Assembly (NCBI GenBank): GCA_012295275.1
Contig: CM022671.1
Location: 26,722,001-26,786,000, forward strand
Length of the DNA stretch: 64,000 nucleotides
Direction: 5' to 3'
Origin: Chrysomallon squamiferum
Lineage: Eukaryota > Animalia > Mollusca
In this document: positions 27,961-41,906 of the stretch, in pieces
Position numbering within the stretch: position 1 is the stretch's first letter
Layout of the letters: every line of letters begins with the position of its first letter
Program-made: the position numbers and the translations under genes
The notes under the pieces: generated by a model
Told to the model about the DNA's origin: nothing
What the model saw: only the letters and a program-made list of their open reading frames with translations
Databases searched by the model: none

Positions 27961-30182
27961 ATTCTAAGTTTTAAAAGAGTCATTGTTAAACTGGTTATCT
28001 GGCATCTGTGTTTGAAATGGAATAATGCATCTGTACTAATGCAGCAAAAAACCTATCCTGCATTTACTAAGGGTTTTGGGATAATATTTTTGGAAGGGAG
28101 TTTGTGTGTGTGTGTGTGTGTGTGTGTGAGAAAATACTTGATTTTAAAGTCCAATCACAAATATTTGTTGCGTATGTCAGTCTAATGTTTGATCCTCGGA
28201 CTGGGAACACAAAATAGGTCAAGGTGTGCTGTGCATGTCCTTTCACCTTGCCTCTCTCCATTCATCAAAACTTCATGGCCCACAAAACCTCGCCATTCAT
28301 TGTTTGTTATGAAACGTTTTTACACGAATACTCTGCTTTAAAATAAACTGTGAATGGACTGCTGCACTGTGAACCATTCACTCCAGTTTGGCAAGTTGTG
28401 GACATGGTGCAGTATTCATTGTCAGCAGTTATTAAACATAGCCTCCAATTTCAGTGCATTTCTGTAGGAGTCCATTGAAATGTCCATCTCTGTAATGAAT
28501 GTGTCTTTCAAGACTGAAATTCCCACTGGTGTCACTGTGGGCTTCTGGCTCTCATATTTGTGACTGGAATGAAAATATTCTCTGCCTGTTGAGCAAATTT
28601 GTATCTGTCAAAGTTTTTTTGTTCACATGCACATGCATATAATTTGTTTAAATATTGTTTCTTTTATAGCCATGGTTACTAGCTGCATATGCACTGAATG
28701 CTTCAAAATATTATTCACATTGAGTAACACTTGGTTATTATGTATGTACATGTGTGTTGTTTGTTTTTGAACAAACGTAATGTTATCTGATACAGAAACA
28801 TAAATTAGAAAAGAGTTTATATCCCTGCCATGCTTATACTATGTTTTTATTCAATGGAAGTTCTTTAAAGAATTCATCAAAAGGAGATGCTTGATAAGAA
28901 TAATTGGCATCTGGCATCTCTGTAGTTTATGTGTGCATGCATGCAGGCATGCATGTCTCTATGAGGATCTCTGTCAGCATGTGCATGTGTTCATAAAAAT
29001 ATAAAGATACATGTAAGCGTGAGAGAAAGTGTGTAAGTGTGAGTGTGTGTGTGTGATAGTTTACAGAACAAACACATAGACTATGCCATCAATAAATTAT
29101 TGATATACCTTTTACTGCTATAAATATACATTACACTGTTTTCTGGGGACATAATATTCTTATAACAGATGACAGTTCAATGAACTGAAACATTTATTAC
29201 TAAGATAACTGGCTGCTAAACATCCCAGCTGTAAATTCTATCAGAAAATTCATGTCAAAAATGATTTAAAAAGAGCAAGAGTCAGTTCTGGTAATAAATA
29301 AAATTGTCTGAAGTTGTGACAAATGTTCTAGATAAGAATTCCACTCCACTTCAATCAATATTTAATTTTATTTTGTCTGGATAGAACCAAAGAGTGGCAT
29401 AATGAGGAATTTTTTATTTTTTATTTTTTTATATTGTACCAAAAATGCATTGATGTACTGTGAACATATGTTTTGTTCAGTACAGTACAATTGTACAATA
29501 GTGTGTGTGTGTGTTTGTCTGTTTGTTGCAAAAATGCCTGTATGTATATCTATTTATGTGCACATGTATTTTGTATATCAATGCAAGTGTTACTATGCAG
29601 GTGTTCAGTAAATAATTAATCAGTACATTAATATTAATAACATGTAATTATGTATGTCAGGGTCTACATACCAACATGTGTTTGTATGAATGCCATTAAA
29701 GAAATTAATTTATCTAAAATTCTCAGCTGATTTTTCTCACTTGTTTGACAATTTTCACTCAGAAATTCAACCAGTGCTCTATGACATGATTAATAAGAAT
29801 TTAATTAAAGGTTGCTGTATCGAACCAAACTTTTATCAATCAGATGATGAAGCATTTAGGGGCAGAATGTCAGTGCTATACTCCTTTTTTGCACCCTTTG
29901 TGTAGTTCCTGGCAGAACTGATTGCAAAATCATTAAAGGCATTAGATTAATTCAATTATAAAAAAAATGTAATTAAGCCGTCTAAGGGAAAGCCAGTCAA
30001 ATAGACTTCATATTTCACAGATTATTTTGTTGAAAAAGAAGCCCGGCCAATTCGACTGTCAGAATTGTGTTCGTTCAGAAAGGGCTTCAGTAAGATGTTT
30101 AGATGTGTTTTGATTATGAAATGAACCTTTTTTTTTCAAGTTTCATTTCTCATTTCTGTTTTTCTTCTGAAATTTTAAAAAC

Positions 30183-30221
<39 letters not shown>

Positions 30222-31784
30222 TCATTGATTGTGTTAATGTCTGTCTGACTGATTTAGTTTTCTGATTTGGTGTTTTAAATTTCTTCTTTTCATGCTTTGT
30301 TTTTCATGCCAATTGCTTCCCTTTGACAAAAGATTTTTTTTTTTTTTTTTTTTTTTTACTGTTGATGTTAATTTAAGATTCTGTAGAATTATTTAAAAAA
30401 AATGTTTTGTTTGTCGGAGATCACTGAAAATTACATTCGGGTCAAAGTAGAGCTGTCAGCCAATCGCATTGTTTGAGGCAGGCCCGATATTGCAGGTCAC
30501 CATTGAATTGTGGGATAGCTGTGCTGCTTCAGATGTTTTCATTGTCTCTGATGACTAATATTGCATAATTGATTTGAGAAATATGCAGCCCTGTGTTGCT
30601 TTGTTTATTCTTTTTTCTTCAGTTTTGGAATGTTGCATTAAAATTTAATATTAGAGGGTTGACTTAGCTGTCACAGAAATTCATTGTCACATCGTCACAA
30701 TATTTGAGGAAGAAATATTCTAATTTTTAATCTCTTTCTCCTTTCTGTTTGTAAATTACCCTCAATGAAATTTCAAATGAAGTAAAAATTATAGGAGTGA
30801 TTCACAGCTGTAAATTTTGTCTTTATTGGTTGTGGAGGATGGTGTCAGTGTTTAACAGTTCTTGTCTACCTTTTAACATTTCACAGTTTCACCTTGAATT
30901 TGCTTTTGTACTAGAAAAAAACGTGTTGTAATCTTAACTTCACAAAGAATTTAATTAAATGTATAGTCATAAAATGTGTCCGAATTTTTTTTTTTTATAC
31001 TTTTTCTTTTCTTTTCTTTTAAAAAAAAAAAAAAAAAAAATTAAAAAAATACTTTAATGAAAATCCAAGACAAGGAAAGGAAAGAACACCAAACAAAGAA
31101 TTTCAGCAAACATTTAAATGGACAAAAAATTTCCTTTTTTTTCTTTTTTTAAATTTAATTTTTTTTTTTTTTTTAATGTTCATTGTGTTTGCAGAAAAGC
31201 TCTAAAGAACCAGACATGGTTTTTAAAATAAAAAAAATAAAAAAATGTTTTCATTCCAGTAATTAAATATTGCTAATGAAGAAATAAAAAAGAAGCAACA
31301 TTTGCAATGGGCTGATCTTTCTTTGTCCAGTTCTCTGTTAGGAGCTGAAACAATTAGTTTTTATTGAATTTTAGGCCATTAGTTTTTTTCACTTGTCAGC
31401 AATTAAGTTTTGTTGGATTCTGGGTAATCAGTTTTATTTAAATTTTAGTATGATTGTTGAGAGGTGCAAAACAAAGAGTTACCATCCACATCACTGTTAA
31501 ATGTCAGGTTTTATTTGCATGTCATTATTTACTGCCTATACTGTGATTTATTATGATAATTGTTATGCTAATTTGTTAGAAGAAAATTGTGATTATTTCA
31601 CCCATTAAAAAAGCATGTGTTATTTCTTGAGTATCATGATGTAGTCATTTACTATTAGATTTAATTCTTGTTTTATTTTCTTATCTAAAGTTTTTTTTTT
31701 TTTTTTTTTTTTTGCAATCATTACTTTTCTGATTCACATCTTCATCTTAATTATCTTTCTTTTTTTTCAATTTATGTATGTAAG

Positions 31785-31896
31785 TGTATGTCTGTGTGTG
31801 TGTGTATATATTACATATGTATATGTAGATATGGATATAGAGATATAGATATATACATATGGATTTATATGTGTGTGTGTGTGTGTATACAGATAC

Positions 31897-31965
<69 letters not shown>

Positions 31966-31986
31966 TAGATATAGATACACACACAT
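31785..31986. repeat. Compound (TG)n-(TA)n-(AG)n microsatellite
   Basis: Directly visible; it explains the ER/LS-rich ORFs. Confidence 0.95.
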
Positions 31987-33914
31987 AAACAAGGTGATTT
32001 TTTTTATAAACAAAATAATGAGAGCAAACAATTATCCACAGTTTCTGGATTTACACGTTGTATAATTTAACATTACAATTTGTCTCTCTCTCTCCTCTGA
32101 GACTGAGGTTGCTGTTAAAACCAACGTCAGTTCCCAAGGAACTTGAAGCACCTGTGCAGTTTGTCAAATTAACTTGCCAGTTTGAATGCCAAGTACACTG
32201 GGTGTGAATTGTAGATTTTTGTTTAGATAACCTGTGGCCAGAATTACATTTAATGGCAGTTTCCCAACCTGGTATTGCAGTGCGGTCTGCATCACTTGGT
32301 TTGCTTTACCCAGCTTCCAGCCAAATTTATCACCTCGTTCAAAGAGCCACAGTCACAAGACTGGACACCAAGAGGAGTCCTGGCCTTCCGTTACAAGATG
32401 TCTGGCAACCATTTATTGAATAACACTTGCTATGCAGAAACAGCAGTTATCTCCCTGGTGTGTAAACTGTTTACTCTGCAGTTTGTTCTGAATTATTTAA
32501 GTCTGGTTTTGTATACAGTGTGTTGCAAGTTTTAAGTGATCTGGTTTATTGATGGCTGGTAATACAATACTGATTTGTATCAGATCCATATCAGGGAGCT
32601 AAAAAAGAAATTTGTCATTCTAAACATTGCAATAAAGATAGCAGACTTGATCATTAAGATATTACTATCAGGGCGGCTGAAATCTTGTCTGTGTATGCAG
32701 TGGTGTCTAATTTATGTCAATAAATTAATTTATATCAACTGTTTTAGTAAGGTTTAAATACATTTTGTGAATCATTATTAAACACTTGGATCTCAATAAG
32801 TCCTAAAACAAGCAATTTCTTTATGTTGTGTGAAATAAAACTTTGTATAATCCAACTAAACCTTAAGTAGAATGAAAAGAATCCCAGGAATACATTATTT
32901 CAACAGTAGCATCAAATCATAGTGGCTTGATATTTCAAACAATATTTTTGTATCTTTGTACCCAATAACAAACATCTGTAACACATTGGACTTGAAAAAA
33001 AAAAAAATGGATTAAATATTGCACACATGGCACCAGACACAACAGAGAAATTCCTTGCATTCATTCAAAGCAAATCAGTGGACATCATTCCTCCTTCAGA
33101 AAGCAAATATTTCTGCTGATTAAACAATACACGTCCATCGTTTCTACTGAGCAAATTTACTTTATAATTTTTCGCATCTGATGGAAAAATGTGTTGTACC
33201 TTCTTCGTGTGCTGTGTTAACCACTCAAATATTTATTGACCAAGCTTTCAGAATCATGTGCAACAGTTTTTTCTTACATTTATTTATTTAATTTTTTATG
33301 CTGAATATTTTTTCAAGGCTTACTTCAGATTACTCTTGTCTCAGAACTTCCTACATTCAGTGTCAAGAGATCAGATTCTTGGTGAAGCAGGCAGAGACAG
33401 AACAACTGGCTGGATATTTAATCTGATGCTTTGTTTGTGATTCTGATGTGTGTTTTTAGTGTCTTCTTCACAGATATCAGCTCAGTTATTGTTTGATCAC
33501 CATCTGTTGTGTTGCCATTAAAGAATGCACACAGTATCAGACAGTGTGCTTCAAGGTGTCTTGCTTTGGCACCATTGGCAGTGTGTGAATGTTGCTTTTA
33601 GCTACAAGGTAGCCATTTAATTTTGAAAAAGGGGAAAATAAAATTACTTTAAAAAAATTTGACTTAATAAGAAATGAGCAAACTACTGTAATTGGATCAT
33701 AGTTAAAAGAAGATACTGCATATTTTGTGTGAAAGATCATGTCTGTGATTCAGATCGTGTGACAGATTTTGTGTTTATGTCTGCGTGTGTATGAGAAAGA
33801 GAGAGTGAGAGAGTGAGAGAAAGAGAAAGAGAAAGAGAGATTGTGTTTGTGTGTTACTTACATTTTATTCATTAATAAAAAATAAGTGGGGTTTAATAGT
33901 ACTTGAACTGTTCT

Positions 33915-34062
33915 TAATATTAAGTTACTGTATGTCAAACATATTTTTTTATTGCTTAATGATGATATATGAGAGTCAGTAACCTGCTGTTGTCAGTTCA
34001 AAGTTTTCTGTTACAAGCAAAGGGTCTTTTAATATGAATCCTCCCAGAGATAGGAAAGAATC
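33915..34062 (-). mobile_element. Decayed SINE fragment, same family
   Basis: tgtcaaacatat...gagagtcagtaacctgctg...agcaaagggtcttttaatatgaatcctcccagagatagga. It is similar to 45925-45995 and to the reverse complement of 50180-50290. Confidence 0.45.
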
Positions 34063-34334
34063 GTTAAGCAGATATATTATTATATTTTTTTTTTTTGTTG
34101 CAAGCTGTAATGAAGCTCAGTGAATTTAAAATTACAATGTAGTTTTGAAAACTTAACACATCACAATGTCAGGCACTACAGCCAAGTCTTGTATCTGGAT
34201 GTTATTTGTTTTGTTTTTAATTTTTTATTAAGCATGTCTTACTAAAACATTTAATCAACTGCTTGTTTGAAATGTCCTTAAAACCCACAGAATATTGAAG
34301 CCAGTCTGTTTGATTTTATAAACCATGAGTCTGG

Positions 34335-34500
34335 GTTTTCCAATACAGACAGTGTTAGAAGATTAATTGGACAGAAAAGGGAGAGTAATGATCTTGTACA
34401 TCCCCAGTTAGCTACAAGTAGGAGCCATATATCTGATCTTGATCTAAATATCTACCAGTCTTGATGCTGAGTCCTTCACCATTTTTCAATTAAAGCTGAT
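34335..34500 (-). mobile_element. Possible decayed tRNA-derived SINE of a second family
   Basis: The reverse complement reads atggtgaaggactcagcatcaagactggtagatatttagatc...ggctcc, a degraded tRNA-like head followed by a pyrimidine-rich body. Weak, by-eye recognition. Confidence 0.3.
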
Positions 34501-35184
34501 GTTATCCATCAGATATGAACTGTTTTACTAGGAATTTGTCTCTTAACACTGCTCTCATGAATCATAATCAGACAGTGATTGTAATTTGTATTCACAAAAC
34601 ACCATGTTATTTTATTCTTCTGTTTAATATACGATGAACACCTCCTTTACTTGTCAGATATCTTATTTTTTTATTATTATTACTATTGCTGCTGATATTA
34701 TTATTTTCCTAACTAAACTGGTGTGAAGTTGCAAACGATGCTGTTGTCTGCGAGTGTTGAAAGTGTGATCGCAGGTCTGAAAAGATGAAGTTGATGACCC
34801 CTGTCCCAGGAGACGGGGTGATTGCGTTTTAAACCGGTTGAACAAGGACTAGCACCATTGAGCCTAATGGATCCACTTGTTTCACATGCATTATGCTTAG
34901 TGCAGCACATTTCTGGCTAATCCCTGCATCAGGGGAAACATCCCAAATAAATGGAATTTCTTCCATAAATCATCCAAACTGATGTAATGGAGATGAAAGT
35001 TTTCTCACTAGTATTTCACTTCATTAGTGCAAGATTTCTGATTCTCATAAACCAAATAACTAGAGAATGGGTTATTTTACGTAGGAATTGCTTTTATATT
35101 AAAATTTTATCTTTATTTTCTACAATTGTTTTATCATTTCATATCAGAGTAACTGAAGAATATGGGAAATATTTTTTAATTTTC

Positions 35185-35290
35185 AGATTAACATTTTTTT
35201 TTTTAATTAATATTTTTCATATTAACATTTTTTTTTTTTTAATTAATAATTTTCATATTAACATTTTTGTTCTTAGTTAATATTTTTCAA
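35185..35290. repeat. AT-rich tandem repeat of about 35 bp, 3 copies
   Basis: attaacattttt...ttaata.ttttca repeated. Confidence 0.75.
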
Positions 35291-38200
35291 ATGTTCCATT
35301 TTCTGTTATGTGAAAAATTAAAATAGAAAAACAAACTAAACTAAACTAAAAACAAAAACAACAAAGAAAAAACCCCAGAAGATAACTAGGATTTTATTTA
35401 ACTTTTTTAAAATTATTTTTGTTTTAAAATGTAAATTCTTCTTTTTCAATAGCTCAGAAAATTTTCTTTTATTTGCAACACTTTCCATGTCTTAATGTAT
35501 TAAACCCTTTCTACAAAAATTATTTGAAGTTAATTTGATACAACAGATGACCTAAAACTGACACAGAATTTGTCATTTGATCAATATCTCTATTTTAGGT
35601 TATTTAAAATTTGATAAAAGGAAAAACACAACAATCTTTCTTTATAATCAGATGAATAAATTATTGGAATTTGAGGAAAATGTTAGAATCGGTGTATCTG
35701 ACATGTGTCAGAATTGGTCTGAACAATTATATGTGAAATAGTATCAAAATAACTGTATGAGACAGTGCATTTGAATAAAACTGTCCAATTTAAAGCAAAT
35801 GTTTTTTGTGGTATCAGTTATAATTAGATTCCCAAGTACTTTGTTACATCTTAGCTACAGTTCTTTCAGTTTTTATTTTGTTTATACATAAACACATCTC
35901 TCTTTGCTTTGTAAAAGAATACTTCAAAAAGAATTTTGTCATCATGATAACAACTAACTTCAGATACAACATTCAGGAAACAAATCTTTTAAAGCTGTTC
36001 AGTTTAAACAGAGGTTTTTTTTTTTGTTTTTATCTCTTTCCCTGTCAAAAAATTCCTGAAACTGAAAGAGAACCAATTTGTTGGGTAACTCAGTCAAAGA
36101 GGGAGGTAATGTGATATACCTATTTACTTAATGGAGTGTCAAATACTCTTACACTAAAAGGATATTTCACAAAAGCAGACAGACTGAGGGACAAATGGAG
36201 CTTTGTTTGAGCAAATACTGTCCTGGCTGCCAGAGAAGATACAGCCATAGAACACATTTTTCTGGTAATTCCTGAAAGCCTTCTTTCACAATGTGCCAGC
36301 CCTAGCGTAACCAGTGCCTCGTTTGACTTGACTGATAAATGTATTCATCCAGTCTCTCTGGAGATTGTTTAGCAAGACTAGAATCAGTGTGGCCATTATG
36401 AAAGCATTCTCTTATTGAATACTGTGATATGAGGATCAAGAGAAGGTGAATAAAAGCAATTTCAAATAAAACCTCCTTTGAGCGTTCGTGTGTTGGTAAA
36501 TTGTGTTTGCAGAGCATTTCTTTCCCAGAACAATTGGCATGTTTGCTTTTCACACCTATTTGGTGTTTGCCAGCAAGCAGTTTAGCAGACAGTTAACAAT
36601 CTTTCTGTCTTCCACTGGCACCTATTCAGTGTCAGGTTGTCCCAGTATTTTAGAAAACTCACAGTATTGTCTCAGTTATTTATTTGTTTTGTATCCAGAA
36701 TTTTTAAATCCCTGTTATTTAAAGTCAAAATTCACAGTTTTTCTTCAGAATTTAAAAAGCCTCCATTACTGTTCCTGTGTTTTAAAATATGACATTTTTG
36801 TTTTAATATTTAAAGCCCTACATTACTTTTTTTTTAAAAACTCCATAATATTTTTATTTCTTTGCTATTTGAAATGCTTTAATTATTGAATTTTTATTTA
36901 ATGAAATTATATCCATTGTTGGGGGATATCAGTGATTTTAATAATGATGACGAGGATGACAATATTGATTATTATTATTACTTTAATCCCCCAACTACAT
37001 TTAAAGTATTAAATTTAAATGAAACACACAGCACTTTTCTGATTGTTAATAAACCCTTGTTCATTTTAATATTAAATTTGCATCCATTTATTATTCATTA
37101 CTAAATATTTATTTTTTAATTATTTAATTATTGATTTCCTTTATTAATCTTTCTTCTCCTTTAAATCACATTTCTCAGTCAAAATGTCTTAACATTCCAA
37201 ATTACATTTCTAACAAAAGATTTTCTTTCTCTTCTGTCATACATGTAACTCTGGCAGAGTAAAAACCAAAAAAAAACAACACAAAATAAAAAATTTTAAA
37301 AAGAATTAAAAAGTACTTGATCACCACCACGTGGAAAAAAAACTCAACAGAACCATAATAATAATAAAAAAAATGGCCATGAAAATATTCATTGTCTGTG
37401 TGTGCAGCGACCATTACGAGACATGGAATGTGTCACGAGGAATCAATGCTGTCTGTTAGCATAACCGATACATTGTCTCCAGAGATTTGGGCTATAATTG
37501 AATTTTCTTCAAAGTGCTTGGTCATTGGGCCTGTCATCCCATTATAACTAAACTATTGAAATTTTTATTCCAAATTGATTTTTTTTTATCCCCCTTCTGC
37601 CAAAACAAAGATGAACCTGACATCAGAATTTTTCTTTTTTTTTTGTTTTGTTTTGTTCCTGTGGTATGTTTTTTTTTTTTTTTTTTTTTTTTTTTCAAAT
37701 TGATTTTTTAGGGGGTGGGATTTTGTATGTTTAAATGGGAAAAGGTTTAAAATAGACTAAATGAGTTTGTATATGTATGACACTTAAGAAATTATTTACA
37801 ATATTATTTGTGATAAAATATGCTTTTTTGTGTGCCTCTGTGTACAGGTGAAAGTACAGGTGTGTGTGTTTCTCTGTGTGCGTGGGACTGGATATGTGTG
37901 TGGGACTGGATGTGTGTGTGTTTGTGTGTAATTGAGAGAAATGTGTACAGACAGAAGAAAAATAATAGTCATGTATTGATACAAGTTTTCAGTCGTTTTT
38001 TTATGAATTATTAAAGTAATAAAAGATACAATAATACCATATATTATACTTTATTAATAATGTATACCAAGTGTCTGTGAACTGTTGTCACTAATACATA
38101 CCAAAACAGACTGTCAAAGTGATCATTCTGCAAGTATGTGCCTATGTAATTGAGTCAGAGTAAATCACTTGTAATTGGTTTTCCTGTGAAGCAGTCTTGT

Positions 38201-39090
38201 ATTGAACACCTCATATCCTCTGCTGGGTGTGTGGTACCACTGATACTGTATGACAACAGGTCATTGAATTTGCCATAAGCACATAACATTTACCATGCTT
38301 GATATGGTTTTATATTCCACACGGTAATTGTGTGAATCTCTTTCTGCATGCTACATTTAGTTCTGTCAGACTTGGTCATGGAATGAGGATAGAGATGAGA
38401 CTGCTTGTAGGATGTTTGGTGGGCAGGGTATTAAAAACGTGATGTGAGGTCTTTGAACTCCACAGATTTCATTCTTTTGGGTTTGATAACTCCTCCCGTG
38501 GTTCTTCCACTTTTTTTTTTTTAAAGACAGAAAGCATTTTGGATGACTTGAGGCATATTGCCATATTTGACAATTACAACAGGGATTGGTTAGGTTTACT
38601 GGATTTTTACAAAACTTAATTGGCAATAAAGATTGGCCAGAGATTAGAAAATGAAGATGGCAGGTTTATATTTTTGTCTCTTTTTGGAATTGCACCATCC
38701 TTTAATTAATAATAATACTAATAATAAACAGTCCACTGAAGTGTTCGTTACAGAAAGGTTGTCTGAACCAGAATTATTTATAGCAGATTTATCTGATATA
38801 GCAAAAGACTGATTATAATTAATGAATTTTTATTTAAGGACATTCTAAATTTGTGTTCAGTAAATTAAAGATTAACTGAAACTTTAATAATTTAGATTGT
38901 AATTTAGATTGTGTGTTGTTTGTGTGTGTGTGTGTGGATATAGATACAGATAGATGCATGTATGTAGTTTCCTAGTGTTTATTATTTTTAAAATGCATCA
39001 TGTATATTTATTCAGTGCATATACAATAAACATCATCTGAAATATAAATAATCAGTAATTTATTTATTTTCTTTCTGTTGTATTTTGCAG

Positions 39091-39191
39091 CTGTTCAAGA
39101 TAAAGGTGTCTGAATGCAGTCAGTACATAACCTGTGGGGAGTGCCTGGGAGCCAGAGATCCTTACTGTGGATGGTGTACCCTTGAAAACAA
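39091..39191 (+). CDS. PlexA: Plexin-A-like receptor, internal exon: Sema domain C-terminus and first half of PSI-1 (LFKIKVSECSQYITCGECLGARDPYCGWCTLEN + AA of K)
   Basis: Acceptor is a long pyrimidine tract ending ttttgcag; donor is AA|gtaagt. The exon is 101 nt, phase 0 in and phase 2 out. Translation gives the PSI signature C-x5-C-x2-C-x4-DPYCGWC of plexins, semaphorins and Met. It is absent from the ORF track because it is short. Confidence 0.95.
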
Positions 39192-41754
39192 GTAAGTAAC
39201 ACAAACCACACTGTTCATTACAGCTTTACCAGACTTACAGTTTCATTTCTTAGTGTTTGATGACTTTCTGTTTCTTAGTAAAAGAACAATAATGGCTATA
39301 CTCAGTACCATAGTTGTGAGCTTACAAAAAGAAACAAAATAAATGGTAACGTCATGTCATTTGTTTTGTTTCTTTTTAATCAGTATAGTTGTATTCAGTA
39401 CAATACTAAAAGTAAAGGACTTAAGCTACAATTGATACATAATCAGTTAATTTTCCTTCAAAAAAATAAAAAATAAAAAATAAGAAGAAAATCCAGCAGC
39501 AGTCATCCATGTTGTCAAAAAGCTGATTTGCTGTTATAATTAAAATTCAGTTAACAGTATTTTCTTAACAAGTACAGTATTTACTATGTCCACAGTCAAG
39601 CACCATTTACACTCAGCACATCTGTATACACATCTTCTATTTGTGTGTGTATATAAATATGTATGTGTATGCATGCATGCATGTGTGCATTTGTTACACC
39701 CTATATGCAGACAACATCAGCTGGCCATCTTGCTTGGAATATTAAATACAGTTTCTGTGGATAGATCATTGTTTATTCCATACCAACAACACTTAGTATA
39801 AATCAGTGACAAAGTGTAATTACTGTGGAATATCATCATATTAAATACCTTTGTCCATGTAATATATTTTATAGCTTGACATTTAGCAGATGATTATTTG
39901 CTGAACAATATACAGTATATATAACAATGAAAATATAATAACTTTTGTGCATTTTTGATAATGTAATTTATTTTTGTTCTTAGTTTAGTTTAGAATATAA
40001 CTTTGTATTTGCTATTATGGTTTTGGTGTTTTTATATATATTATTTCTTTTTAACTTTGAAGAAATTTTCTTTTACCTCTTATTAAACTGCAGTTGTTAA
40101 TATTATTTTAAAATAATTTTTAAAAACGTTAAATGTAATTATTTTGTTTTCTTTATCGGCTGAAACAAATTACATTTTTCAGTGTCTAGTGCATGATGAA
40201 TTGGTTACCATTTGAGTTCTATAGTTCTTTTGTGAAAAAAAAAAAATATTTAAAATTTATTTGTTTTATTTGCTTTTTTTTTTTTTTTTTTGGCATCTAA
40301 CAAGGATATCTAAACCCAACATGTAAGTAATGGTGTACACTCTTAGGACTGTTGTTTGTCAATGAACTTGACTTACTGCAAACATGTTAAGTGTTGTCTA
40401 CCTGTACAGAGCTCAAAGTAAACGTGATATTTTCTGTGATGTCTACAGCTGTTGTTAGCTTTCAGCATATATCAAATGAAACTAAATACTTTAATGACTG
40501 TAATATCTGACTATTCCATACCATCTTACCATAATTAACTTGTTTAATGAATAGCTGTTTGAAGAAAATCAAAGGAAAATGGAACTGGGTTGTTCTCAAA
40601 TATCAAATGTGTAAAGTAAAAATAAAACCTGTTTTAATTATTTGCTAAATTAAAAATTGAGAATAAAAAGATATAAGAAGGGATACCTTTAAAATTCAAA
40701 AAAAATGTATCCAACTTCAAAAAAAGATCTTTTAATCTAGATTATTTCAAGATGGCCAATCACTTTTTATCAGTGGTCTGACAAGTGTGTTCACTTTTAT
40801 TACATAATTTATTTCAATGTTAACACCAGAATGTGTATTCTTTTGACAAATGATGGTCATGTAACTAAATATACATCTCTGTAGCCAGACTGTAAGTAAT
40901 CACAGACTTTTCCTCAAACAAATGCATGTAGTACACAGTGAAAATTGTTTCCATCTTTGTGCCCAAGTTTCCGTTTCTCATTTTCATATTTTCTTCCTGT
41001 GTTTTTTCTTTTTCTTAATTCCGTGCACATTCTTTCTCTTTCAGTCTTTCAGTCTTCATGTACTTCTCTTTCTCTTTGATTGTTGTCAGTGTTGATGTTG
41101 TAAACTGCTGCAGCATGCTAATTTGTTGATGTATTGTAAGAATGCTCACATCTATTTCAGTGATCAGTTTTGTTTATCCATAATTGTGCAGTAAAACGGT
41201 CTTATATAATCCACCACCACTACAAAAGAGTGATAAATTAATGTACCCATCAATGATGCTATAAATAATGACATTTATTTATGACAAAGATGATCTTAAG
41301 AAGAAATTATTGTGCAGTATTTTTCTTTCTGATTTCACTAGAATGACAAAATAATTACGGATGTCTATATAAGCTGAGTCAATCCTTCTGTCACTTTGCT
41401 GTATGTACATTTTTATCACAGTCTTATTGTTTAACGTTTATTGATCCCAAAAGTCCACAGATGTACTGGCAGTTCAGAACCACTGAAATTGGAGATTCAT
41501 ATAAAACTTGTTATCTACAAAAATAAATAAAATAAGAAGAGGGGAAAGAAACACTGAGTAAAATAATTTTGTCCATTTCACTGAGTTTATTTAGATACAC
41601 AGAGATTTATTTGTCTGTTATCATTTCTGTCAGTGGTTCTTGAATTTTTTTTATTTATTCTAATCTAGTTTAGTTTGAGACTTTTAAAGAAATTAAAATT
41701 AAACATTCCACTCCTACATAACAACAACACTAACAATAATAGTAATAACTTAAC

Positions 41755-41868
41755 ATCGTCATCATCATCACCATAATTATTAATATTATCATCATCATCA
41801 TTATTCTTATACATTATTATTATTATTATTATTTTTATTTTTTATCATCATCATCATCATCATCATCA

Positions 41869-41902
<34 letters not shown>

Positions 41903-41906
41903 TACT
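41755..41906. repeat. (ATC)n/(ATT)n compound trinucleotide repeat
   Basis: Directly visible. Confidence 0.93.

Larger units (their letters stand above)
1..39090 (+). other. Large phase-0 intron of the plexin gene (>39 kb; upstream Sema-domain exon not seen in the window)
   Basis: It ends in the AG acceptor at 39089-39090. I found no Sema-domain coding sequence upstream by eye, though a short exon could have been missed. Confidence 0.7.

Noticed and set aside
40875-40897. Possible 3-nt microexon ccag|ACT|gtaagt (would add one Leu in PSI-1)
   Set aside because: The pyrimidine tract is poor, a competing AG lies 4 nt upstream, and the insertion would alter conserved cysteine spacing.
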